Assembly (NCBI GenBank): GCA_051294375.1
Contig: CM119269.1
Location: 1,959,601 to 2,023,600, forward strand
DNA: 64,000 bases
DNA from: Paraspadella gotoi
Lineage: Eukaryota > Animalia > Chaetognatha
Direction of reading: 5' to 3'
How positions within the stretch are numbered: position 1 is the stretch's first letter; each line of letters opens with the position of its first letter. Positions 14,482 to 26,769 of this stretch are shown here, in pieces. The translations under genes and the position numbers were made by a program. The notes beneath the pieces are model-generated. The model saw only the letters and a program-made list of their open reading frames with translations, did not search any database and was not told where the DNA came from.

Positions 14482-17400
14482 ACCGGCGACCAGGGGGGCG
14501 AACTTGTTTGTCTTCGTCTTCGTCGGTGGAGAATCGGGAATCGGAAAATGAGGCCAAAAACCTGAGATTCTATCACCTTTTTTGACCCAAATCCAAATAA
14601 ACTTGTGCCGAGCGAATTCCGAAACTTATAACAAAAAAAAACTAAAGTAAAAAAAAAAATAGGAACAAGACAAGGAGAGAAAAAAAGGGGGAAAAAAGAA
14701 AAAAAGAAAAGAAGTCAATGAATAAAAAAAAGAAGGGAGAATATACCGAGCCAAAAAAATGAAAGAGTAAACTTTGCAAAAAAGTTAAGGAGACAAAAAG
14801 GGAAAAAAATTAACTCGCTTCTCTTTTCTCAAATATAAAAAGGGAAAAAATAATTCTAGGAAGCGCTCGTGCGCTTAAGAGAGACATCTATGGGTGCAAG
14901 GGAGAGTTTTCCAACGACATCAAATAGAAAGTAAAGGTCTTATATTTTTTGGATGCTTCACCTTTTATTCCATCCTATTTTGTCTTTATTTTTATTTTCT
15001 GTTTTCTATCTCTCTTTTCTTATCGGTTATCCTCCCTTGTCCTCTATTCTCTATTCTACTTCTCTTCTCTTCTTTACTTCTCTTCTCTTCACTTCTCTTC
15101 TCTTCTCGTCTCTATGCATCTTGTCCTTTCGCCTCCGATCTTGTTCGTTACCGGGTTTTTGGCAAAAGCAGTTGCTCAATTTTTTCACTGGATTTTTGTT
15201 TGCTTTCCCTTTTTTTTTCTGTTTGTTTGCCACCCTAATGCTTCCACAGAGGCGCTCTCTCTCTCTCTCCTCTATCTCCTCCTTCTCTCCTCCTTCTCAT
15301 TTCTCCTTCTCTCTCTTCTCTTCTCTCTCTCTAAACGCCACGTGCAAACTAACTTTTTCAGCCTCTCTATCCTTATTCTATTTTTTCTTCAGTTCTATTA
15401 TCTTAGTTCGAATTTCTTTCCTCGAAATTACATTGAAAAAAAANNNNNNNNNNNNNNNNNNNNNNNNNNNNNNNNNNNNNNNNNNNNNNNNNNNNNNNNN
15501 NNNNNNNNNNNNNNNNNNNNNNNNNNNNNNNNNNNNNNNNNNNNNNNNNNNNNNNNNNNNNNNNNNNNNNNNNNNNNNNNNNNNNNNNNNNNNNNNNNNN
15601 NNNNNNNNNNNNNNNNNNNNNNNNNNNNNNNNNNNNNNNNNNNNNNNNNNNNNNNNNNNNNNNNNNNNNNNNNNNNNNNNNNNNNNNNNNNNNNNNNNNN
15701 NNNNNNNNNNNNNNNNNNNNNNNNNNNNNNNNNNNNNNNNNNNNNNNNNNNNNNNNNNNNNNNCGTCATCGTCGTCGTCCTCGTCGTCGCCGTCATTGAC
15801 AACTTCTTTCTCCCAGACTCGAGCAACGGATTTCTCAAGCGACTGTCTCCAGTCTTCATCCCATTTTCTATCCCGACCGCCNNNNNNNNNNNNNNNNNNN
15901 NNNNNNNNNNNNNNNNNNNNNNNNNNNNNNNNNNNNNNNNNNNNNNNNNNNNNNNNNNNNNNNNNNNNNNNNNNNNNNNNNNNNNNNNNNNNNNNNNNNN
16001 NNNNNNNNNNNNNNNNNNNNNNNNNNNNNNNNNNNNNNNNNNNNNNNNNNNNNNNNNNNNNNNNNNNNNNNNNNNNNNNNNNNNNNNNNNNNNNNNNNNN
16101 NNNNNNNNNNNNNNNNNNNNNNNNNNNNNNNNNNNNNNNNNNNNNNNNNNNNNNNNNNNNNNNNNNNNNNNNNNNNNNNNNNNNNNNNNNNNNNNNNNNN
16201 NNNTGTTCGTCGACGCCGAAGCGTGACCCCCGTCGCGACCTTTGACCCCGAACACACGTGACCGCTGAAAATTAAAGTAGGATGGACGGGGAGAGTGGTG
16301 GCAGTAATGGTGGTCGATGGTGGTGATAGCTGAGGTGGCGGTAATGGTGGTCGATGGTGGTCGATGGTGGTGGTAGCTGTGGTGGTCAAGGGAAAGTTGA
16401 TGAAGGCCGAGGGGATGACAAAGGAGTCAAGAAATATGGAATTCGGTAAAGGTTTACAAAGGCTGCTTTATTATTTTCCAGTGGGTTGTCATTATTTTTT
16501 TTTTCGACGAAAGCCGAGATTCAACGCAAATCATTGTCGCTTTGACGTTTGTCTTCTTCGTCGTCGTCGTCGTCGTCGTTGTCGTCGTCGTCGCTCGAGA
16601 TGGACTCTATAATGTATTGTCTCTTTGAGAGAATATCGTCTTTCGCGGGTCACGTGAATCTTTTTCAGTCACGTGACTGTTTTTAGGACACGTGACTCTT
16701 CGTCGAATCTCAACCGAATTTAAACTTTGATGATTTTCGTCGCCGTCAACCGAATTCGAGACCTACTTTGATATGCAAATCAGCNNNNNNNNNNNNNNNN
16801 NNNNNNNNNNNNNNNNNNNNNNNNNNNNNNNNNNNNNNNNNNNNNNNNNNNNNNNNNNNNNNNNNNNNNNNNNNNNNNNNNNNNNNNNNNNNNNNNNNNN
16901 NNNNNNNNNNNNNNNNNNNNNNNNNNNNNNNNNNNNNNAGAGAGAGAGATTTTTATCCAAAAAAAGGGAACAAAGACCAATGCTTAAGCCACTGTCTTCA
17001 AAGATTGGCCACACGCATCACGTGCTTTTAAACATAAAAATTCTCGTGATTTTGCTCGTGAGCGTGAGCGACAAAGACAAAAAAAGCTCCTCATTTGTTT
17101 ATTTTTTTCACTCGATTTTGATGATACATATTAATTATTGTCTACTTACTCATTCTTTCTTTTTCTCCCTTCTTTCATTCCTCCTTTCTTCTTCGTATCA
17201 CAGGTCTTCATTATCGAACCAAGGGTCATGAATATTTTGTCAGTCCGTTGATACTCGAAGCGTGGCGGCGGCGGCGGCAGCAGCGACGACGCCGGCGCCG
17301 GCAGTTTAATGCGTCTCTCATTAGGGACGTCGAGGCCTCGTCGTCGTCGTTGTAGACGTCGTCGTCTTCGTCGTCGTCTTCGTCGTCGTCGTCTTCCTTC

Positions 17401-18017
17401 TATCCGCTCGGCCTTGAAAAAGAAAATTCTCTCTCTCTCTCTCTCTCTCTCCGGCGCCAAAATCACCGCTGAATCACGTGACCGTGACGGGAGAGGGGGC
17501 GGTGAAATGTGGGGACGACTCACAGAAAGATTAAGTCTTTTCAACCATCGAATTTGGTCAGAGAGCATAAATCTTAATAAATTGTGATAAAAAAAATTAT
17601 CCAACCAAAATGAAATGTATTTAAACTGTTGATCAGTCTTCAGGTGTACCTGTTTAAAAAAAAATAAAATAAAACCGCCGTCAGTTTCCAAGAGAACCCG
17701 TCTGGCAAGGCCGACGCTTTCCCGCCAATGCCGTCGCCGCGCCGCGCCGCCGCGCCCGCCGCAAAGTGGGCGAAACGCGGGCCTCGCATCTCACTTTGCG
17801 CGCGACTCATAAAAAATCATGAGGTGAGGTCAAAGGTCGAACTTTGCATCCGAGATATGAGAGAAAGACGACGCTGAGGTTTCATCGCGAGTCGGAGGAA
17901 ATTTCGTTTTTTTCCGGGAAAATTCTCACTCTGTCTCTTTTTCTTGCTCTTGCCTTATCCACTGGATAATATCCTCGTTATCACATAACTATAAATCCTA
18001 TTTTCAACCGCAAAATT

Positions 18018-18053
<36 letters not shown>

Positions 18054-18869
18054 NNNNNNNNNNNNNNNNNNNNNNNNNNNNNNNNNNNNNNNNNNNNNNN
18101 NNNNNNNNNNNNNNNNNNNNNNNNNNNNNNNNNNNNNNNNNNNNNNNNNNNNNNNNNNNNNNNNNNNNNNNNNNNNNNNNNNNNNNNNNNNNNNNNNNNN
18201 NNNNNNNNNNNNNNNNNNNNNNNNNNNNNNTGCGTGGGAGTCGCGCCGCCACTCCATGACTTCATCGCCCCATCAGTCGAGAAATTATGATGGTTTTCAG
18301 CCTCTGCGCGTCTTGAAATTAACTTTTTTCAGACTGTCCGCTCGTGGTCAGCTGCTTTCGCGAGAATCTGTAAGGGAAATACGATTTTAAATAGTTTAAA
18401 TAGCAATTCGTAGTGGGATTTACAAGTCCATTTTTCTTAATTTTTTGCCAATATTTCGATTCGTATGGACGAATGAAANNNNNNNNNNNNNNNNNNNNNN
18501 NNNTGATCGAAAATTATTTGTCATTAAGAATCGTCCACTACGAATTGGCTTAATACTAAATCATTATCTCCTGCTGCATGTGATGTCTCCTTAACCAACA
18601 GAATTTAAATAGGTTCTTTTAGTTGTTATGGTAATATTTTGTTCTGAGACATTTCTTTTAACGGGAACAATAGGAAAAAGAAAAAAAGGAAAACAAACCG
18701 AAGAGAAGGCAGAAGAATTGAATGTTTTAGGTATAAAATAAGGATGATTGATTGATGTACACTGAAAGTTGATAAGGTAATATTCTAATTCCTTTACCTC
18801 TTTACCTATCTTTCTTGGTTCATTTTTGTCTCTTGCTTCCTCACTCCTCTCTCCCTCTTTTCCTTTCGC

Positions 18870-19645
18870 TTCACTCTCCACTGTCCACAATGTCCACAGC
18901 CTCGCCATTTTCTCCCCTATCTCCTTTTTCTTCGTTCCTTCCACTCTCCACTGTCCACAATAGTCCACCACGTCTCCCATTCTCATTACCCTTGCTCACC
19001 TTTTTTTTTCCGTTTCCTGCACTCCTCCACTCTCCACTGTCGACAGCCCCTTCTCTCCCTTCTCCTTTTCCTATCCTGCACTCTCTGCAGCTATCCACAA
19101 TGTCCACGCAGCCTGCGCCCGATCTCTCTCCCTTCTGCACGTTTTTTTCTTTCCTCAGCTCCAATGTCCAACAAGTGTCCTACAGCCTCCCAGTTTTCTC
19201 CCTTCTCATGTTTTTCCTTTCCTCCCTCACTCCACTCTCCACTGTCCACCAGCCTCAGTCCATTCTCTCCCTTCTCCTTTTTTTCGTTCCTCCACTCCGC
19301 AGCTGTCCACAATTGTCCACAGTCTCTCCAATTCTCTACCTTACTCCTTTTTTCCTTTCCCTGCAACTCCTCGCACTCTCCACTGTCGACAGCCGGTCCC
19401 ATTCTCTCCCCTTTCTCATTTTTTTCCGTTTCCTCCACTTCTCCACTGCTCCATGTCACACAGCCTCCCATTCTGCTCCCCTCTCCCTTTTTCGTTACTG
19501 CCACTCTCCAATGTTCCAATGTCCACAGCTCCCATTCTCTCCTCCACAGCCTCCCATTTTCTCCCCTTCTCCTTTTTTCCTTTCCTCCACTCTCCACTGT
19601 CCACAATGTCCACAGCCTCCCATTTTCTCCCCTTCTCCTTTTCTC
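18870..19645. repeat. Degenerate minisatellite, unit about 60-70 bp (cactctccactgtccacaatgtccacagcctcccattttctcc), 10 or more copies
   Basis: Repeated ctccactgtccac/gtccacagc motifs. Confidence 0.85.
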
Positions 19646-19759
19646 GCGGACCGGGGAGCGTCATTAAGGAGGAAGGACCATATGAGGTCATACATCGCCT
19701 TGACCTTGCCCGATTGATAGGGCTGCAGTTGTCTGCGCAAGGGGCAGGGGCATCGTGTT

Positions 19760-19818
<59 letters not shown>

Positions 19819-20510
19819 CCAATCCCTCTCGCTCTCATTTTATCGTTTTCACCCTCTCTCTCTCTCCTTATCTATATGTCTCTCTCGCTCTCTATAACGG
19901 AATTCACAGTACGAGTCAAAATGATTGAGCAAAGATTTTGGCGGGAAGCGAGATGGCGGGCGTGGATTAAATTTTAAAACAAAAGGCATCAGTATTCCGG
20001 GCTGAGATGGGCGTTTTGTGTCGGNNNNNNNNNNNNNNNNNNNNNNNNNNNNNNNNNNNNNNNNNNNNNNNNNNNNNNNNNNNNNNNNNNNNGCTATGGG
20101 TGAGAATACTTGCTCTTCTTCCTTTTTTTTTTTTTCTTTCTTTCTTTCCTTTCTTTCTTTATTACGTTAGATATATATCTCCTTTGCGGTTTATCATTCT
20201 TCTGTATCTTAGGTTCTTTCTTTTCTTTCGCCTTCATTCGGCGTTCAAATATTCTTTCTTTACTCCTCTTACGGATATGCGGCATTATTTGCAGTCTAAC
20301 CAGGGAGGGAGGCGACCTCAAGCGAGAACCAAATGTTGCCCTAGCGGGTCGGTCGGGTCGAGGCAAGCGGAGAGGCGGCGAGCGACGGCGATAAGCGGCG
20401 AAGACCGCAAGGTCGGCGGCGGCGGCGGCGGCGGCGAAGACCGCAGTCAACGCGGCTCGTGTCACGCGGTCGAGACCTTGTGTTCAGGTGAAGTCGGAGC
20501 GAAAGGATAG

Positions 20511-20675
20511 AAGGAGAAAGTGGGAGAATGAGGAAGGAAAAAAGGAAAGAAGGAGAAAGTTAGAGAATGAGGAAGGAAAAAAGGAAAGAAGGAGAAAGTG
20601 GGAGAATGAGGATTGAGGAAGGAAAAAAGGAAAGAAGGAGAAAGTGGGAGAATGAGGGAAGAAAAAAGGAAAGAA
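20511..20675. repeat. Purine-rich tandem repeat, 39-bp unit gaaggagaaagtgggagaatgaggaaggaaaaaaggaaa, about 4 copies
   Basis: Directly visible. Confidence 0.85.
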
Positions 20676-22039
20676 GTAAAGGGACAATATAATGAGAAGA
20701 AATAAATATGTGGGAGGCAAATATTTGTGGGAAACATTTAATCAATTAGATCAATTTTATCAATTAACTTGATTAATTAATTTGATCAATTTTCGACCCG
20801 TGAAATTTTTTTCTCTTAATTTTTCTTATTTCCTTCCTTTGGTTCTTTCTTGTCACGTATAACTTTCTTTTTACATCCAGAAAATCCATTTAACCGTCTA
20901 TTATTTTTTTTCCTTTCCTTCCTTCTCAACCATCCCTCTTTTTTATTTTCNNNNNNNNNNNNNNNNNNNNNNNNNNNNNNNNNNNNNNNNNNNNNNNNNN
21001 NNNNNNNNNNNNNNNNNNNNNNNNNNNNNNNNNNNNNNNNNNNNNNNNNNNNNNNNNNNNNNNNNNNNNNNTTTTTTCTCCTGTCTTCCTTCTATCTCAT
21101 CTCCTTTTTACACTCAGTCCATCGTTTCTCTTCACTGAATTTTCAGTTGGCCTTTTCTATACTCACATTGATCCCCTCTTTTCTTTTCTACCTCCCTCTC
21201 TCTACCCTTTCCTCCCTTTCCTTTTCTCCTCTCCCATCTTCCTCCATTGTCCACTCCCGCCGTCGCCAACCCGCCTCCCTCCCGCCCCCCTCAGACGGCG
21301 GCACAACCCCGAGCCCAACGGACATATCTCATAACCGGGGAGGGCATCAATCTTGCTCGCATTTCGGCGGGTCGCACACCTCCCTGCTTCCATATTCTAG
21401 GAGGACATGTTGCCAGATTTAATGAGGTCCTTATAGGATAAGGATGTCGCTCTTGTTGCTCGCCCCTTTTCACCCTTCTTCTTTCTTTTCTTTCTTTTCT
21501 TTCTTTTCATTCTTTTACGATTTTTGGGCGGTTTTTTTCTTTCTTTCTTTCTTTCTTTATTTCTTTCTTTCTTTCTTTCATTCTTTCATTTCTTTTTTTC
21601 TTTCTTTTTTCTACCTTTTTTCTTTCTATCTTTTTTCTCTCTTTCTTTCTTTTTTCTTTTTTCTCTTTCTTTCTTTCTTTCTTTCTTTCTTNNNNNNNNN
21701 NNNNNNNNNNNNNNNNNNNNNNNNNNNNNNNNNNNNNNNNNNNNNNNNNNNNNNNNNNNNNNNNNNNNNNNNNNNNNNNNNNNNNNNNNNNNNNNNNNNN
21801 NNNNNNNNNNNNNNNNNNNNNNNNNNNNNNNNNNNNNNNNNNNNNNNNNNNNNNNNNNNNNNNNNNNNNNNNNNNNNNNNNNNNNNNNNNNNNNNNNNNN
21901 NNNNNNNNNNNNNNNNNNNNNNNNNNNNNNNNNNNNNNNNNNNNNNNNNNCTTTCCTCCTTCTCCCCCTTTTTGTTCCGCCCCCTCCATCCAACTAAGAC
22001 TCATAACTTAGACTTCGCTTCCTCTTTGTCTTCTCTTCC

Positions 22040-22074
<35 letters not shown>

Positions 22075-23593
22075 AATAGCTCAACATTCTTCCTTCTTTC
22101 CTCTCTTTCTTTCCTCTTCTCTCCCCTCCCTAGCGCCATCTCAAGGACTTTTTCACCAAAACATTGCGTCTAATTTGCCTCGCTAAACCTATTAGCGGTT
22201 ATCTCAGCAGTGAATTTTTGAGATGAGCGAAAAAAANNNNNNNNNNNNNNNNNNNNNNNNNNNNNNNNNNNNNNNNNNNNNNNNNNNNNNNNNNNNNNNN
22301 NNNNNNNNNNNNNNNNNNNNNNNNNNNNNNNNNNNNNNNNNNNNNNNNNNNNNNNNNNNNNNNNNNNNNNNNNNNNNNNNNNNNNNNNNNNNNNNNNNNN
22401 NNNNNNNNNNNNNNNNNNNNNCCATTGTTTTTCACTTCACGTGGATTGTGTCACTGTGAAACGTCGGAAGTTCTCCGAAAAGTGTTTTTTTTAATTTTAA
22501 CTGACTACATGGGGGGATAGATAGCGAAAGAAAGTTTGCGAATTGCGACTGTATCATAAATCGCGATGCTGTTTTTTTTTAATTTTTGTAGTTTTTTTAA
22601 AATTTAGTCACTAATCGGTTTCATTAATAGATTTTCATTTTAGACTAAATTTTATTTTCTGTTTTTAGTATACTACCTTTTTTGTATTTCAGAACTCCAG
22701 ACAGGAATATAGACCTGACGACTATTAGCCCGAATTACCATTTAAGTCTTACTCTCAAGTTTAAAGTTCAGCAAATGAAGACAAGTTATATGTACAAAAT
22801 AATCCTACCTTGAGCCAAAGGGAAAAAGGAGACAAGCCGTCCCTGATAAGTTTCCAGAGCGATTGCGGCTTCCCCCTTTAATCCATGCGCTATGGGGCCC
22901 GATCTTGTATAGACCTAGACTGTGTGGTCCCTCTGGGTCCAATTAAAGAAGCTCTCCCGAGGAGGCCCGCCTTCAACACCGCCTTCAACACTCAATGCTT
23001 GTATCCTCAGTTATGTGAGCCCTTTCTGAGGAGAACCCCTGAAGTTAAATACATTAAGAAATCCTCTATATATTCGCTCTACTAAAAAAGCTCCTCTGTA
23101 GTCGCTCTACTAAAGGAGCTACTTACGAATCGCTACTCCCAATTGAGTCGCTCTAACTCGACTCCGGGGAAAAGTCGGCGCCCGATCATAATCGTCGACC
23201 TCTCCCTGGATCGATGACACGGGGGCGTGAANNNNNNNNNNNNNNNNNNNNNNNNNNNNNNNNNNNNNNNNNNNNNNNNNNNNNNNNNNNNNNNNNNNNN
23301 NNNNNNNNNNNNNNNNNNNNNNNNNNNNNNNNNNNNNNNNNNNNNNNNNNNNNNNNNNNNNNNNNNNNNNNNNNNNNNNNNNNNNNNNNNTGGATGTAGA
23401 TCTTATTCCGTTTCCGTGGGTGGAACTGGAATGAGAATGTCAGCCTAAAAAATTCGACGTACATTGGATATAAATTTGTTATTATTTTTTAATAAATACA
23501 AGAAAATTCTAAAAGGAATTATGTAAATAAAAAAAGTGCTAAACGAGTGGCCTCAAAAAAGATTTATATAAAGTATTTGATGTAAGTTAATAT

Positions 23594-23628
<35 letters not shown>

Positions 23629-23653
23629 NNNNNNNNNNNNNNNNNNNNNNNNN

Positions 23654-26600
23654 GCAGAAGACATATTTCCAAAGAGATAACAACTTTAAAAACAAACAGA
23701 AAAACGCTTTTTCCACATGTAAAAGACGATAAAAAATTTCAAACACCGGGAAAACATATTTCCAAGAAAAAAAGAAATAAAAACAGTTAAATACTCTGCC
23801 AAATAACATCATCGAGGAAGGTTCATGCTTAAACTTGACGCGCATCTATGTGAGGACAGTTACTTAAATATATCCTTTTTATCAAAACAAACAAATTTCC
23901 TCTCCTTATTATTTTATAGAGTCTCCTTCTCTCTTCCTTTTCTCTTTATATTTTATGTAGCTTTCCTTCACTACTCAATACTAGATAAAAACGTCTTAAA
24001 ATACACCCAGGAAAACGACTTTTCTTTCTCATATCTCGTAAAAAGGATATGAAACTCTAGAAAATAACAGAAAACGATTTTTTTCCCAACATGTAAAAAC
24101 AGAAAATAAAAAACTTAAAAAAAAAAAGCACGCAACGATTTTTTTCCCAATGTTAAAAAGAGCCTGTTAAAAGAACACCGATACTACACGACTTTTCCTA
24201 AAGTCTAAACAAAGTAGGTTAAAAAAAACGTTAAAATACATCGGAAGACGACGATTTTCCAAAGAGAGAATAACAACTCTTTAAAAACAAATGAAAAAAC
24301 GCTCTTTCCAATGTAAAAAAGAGATAAAAAATTTCTCTAAAAACAACTGGGGAAAAACGTCATTTCTCAAAGAACAAAAGACAAGAAATAAAACTACGTT
24401 AAAATACTTTTGCACAATAACATCATCGAGTGTTGTTAACAAATTGAGGTGAGGACAGTTAATTAAATATCTTTTTATCCAAAACAAACAAATTTCCTCT
24501 CTTTCTATTTCTTTTATTCGTCTCCTTCTCTCTCTCTTTTCTCTTATTTTAATTGTAGCTTTCTCTCACTCTTCAAAAGATAAAAAACCGTTAACATACA
24601 CCAGGAAAACGACCTTTTCTTTTTCTCTGTAAAAGATTATGAAAACTTTCAAAAATAACAGAAAAACGCATCTTTTCCTTCCAATGTAAAAAGAAAATAA
24701 AAACTTTCAACTTACTCAAAACACGGCAAAGTCCTCTCCACCCATCGCTCCCAAGAAAACACACTAAAAACCACATAGTAAAACACACAAATGACCTCAG
24801 CACTCGACAGCAGCGAGACTTTGCCTCTCAACACCCCCCCAGCTCCACACAAAATGTGACCTCTAATAACGCTTAACTATCAGCCCGCAGACGCATTATT
24901 CCAAAGACGGCCCACCCCCCCCCCTACCACTACACACAAGCTTTACACAACACCACGAAGCAACCACGCCCAGAACACAACACGACCCCCCCATTTTACA
25001 CCCCCCCTCCCCACTAACGCTGTCTCCCCCCTGACATCCCAAACGCGACCGGCAAATAACAACTATCGTAAAACACCGTGGGGGGGAAACACGACCTACC
25101 TTTTCCACCAGAAAAAAGACAACAATCACACACCGCTTCACACAATATTTCTCGCACAAGATCAACATCATCCGACCCGGTTCTCCTCCCCCATGTTAAA
25201 ATGTCCGCCTCGTTGTCCAACCGCACCCCACAGCTCCACCCGCCCCCCGTGCGAACTCTACACCCGGTGAGGACAAGTTATATAATATCTTTTTATATGC
25301 AAAACAACCCACAAATTCCTTCTCTTATTTGTCATGTCTCCTTCTCTCTCTCTTTTTCTCTTTCAATGTTACCTGTAGCTTTCTCCTCGCACTAACTCCA
25401 ATAGATAAAAACGCTTAAATACACAGACCAAACGCACTTATTGCTCTACCCTGTAAAAGACCGTATGGAAACCAATCCCCTTTAAAGAATCCAATCACGA
25501 AAAAATTCTTTCTTCACTATATAATAACAGACAACTAAAAAAACTTAAAAAAACGAACGGCAAACCTCGTTTTTCCCGCATCCACAATGTAACCAAAGCA
25601 CGTTCAAAAAACACCGACGACCATAAACGACGCTTCCTTCTAACACCAGCTAAAAAAAGTAATGAAAGAATGTCAATTCAAAATACACCGCTAAGACGCA
25701 CTCAATTTCCCAATAGATCCACGTCGGATAACAACTTTAAAACAAGCCAGAAACACGCTCATTCTTACCCAATTCCTGTAAAAACAGATAAACAATTTCT
25801 CAAACACCCTGCCTCCGGCGGAAACGATTCCCATTTTCAACAGAGAAAACAAAAAAAAAACAAAACGCTGGTTAAGATCACTTCTTGCAAATAACATCTA
25901 TCAGACGACTTGTTAAATGGAGTCGAGCCGACAGGTTATTAAAATCCTTCTCATCAAAACAAACAAGCCGGAGTTTCACTCTCTTTCTATCCTTTTATGT
26001 CTCGCCTTCTCTCTCTCTCTTTCGTCTTTAATTTATGTCCTGCCTATATTCTGCTTCAACTGCTCAAAAAGATAAAGATAAAAACAGTTCTTAAATACAC
26101 ACAGAAAGGGAGGGGGGAAAACGACCGCTTTTTCTGCCTGTAAAAGATATGCAAACGTTTCTTTAAATTTCAACAATAACAGGCAGAAAACGATTTTTTT
26201 CCAATGTAAAAAAAATCTAAAAACTTTCAAAACAACAAACGGCAACACGTCTTTTTTCTTTTTCCAATGTAAAAAGAGTTAAAACAACACCGGATAAACG
26301 ACCTTTTCCTAAAAGTAACAAAGTAATAAAAAACGTTAAATACATCCGGCACGACGACATTTCCAAAGACGTATAACACACCTTTATTTAAAAACATAGA
26401 AAAAACGCTTTATCCAATCTTTTTTCCAATTGTAAAAAGAGATAAAAATTTCTAAAACACCTGTCCCGGAAAACGTCCCACTTTCAACATCGAGAAAAAA
26501 GCAAATCAAAAACGTTTACAATTACTTTTGACAAATAACCATCGATCGAGGTTGTTAAAACTCTTGACACCGCCTCCGACTCTGGTGCAGGACAGTATTA

Positions 26601-26750
26601 AATATCTTTTATCCAAAACAGAAGACAATTTCCTCACTCTCTTTATTTTACGCTGTTCTCCTCTCTCTTCGTCTACTTTATTCACTCTTTGAATTTCTAT
26701 GTTAGCCCTTTCTCTCAACTCTCAAAAGAACTAAAAACGGGATCTTAAAA
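23654..26750. repeat. AT-rich satellite, unit about 600-800 bp as assembled, with internal aaaacg...ttttccaatgtaaaaaga subrepeats; about 5 noisy copies
   Basis: The motif gaggacagtt...atcttttatcaaaacaaacaaatttcctctc recurs near 23850, 24450, 25270, 25930 and 26590. Confidence 0.85.
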
Positions 26751-26769
26751 AGCATCAGATTCCACAGCG

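Noticed and set aside
14949-16245. Long ORFs of 200-430 aa containing X runs
   Set aside because: They are open only because they cross N gaps.
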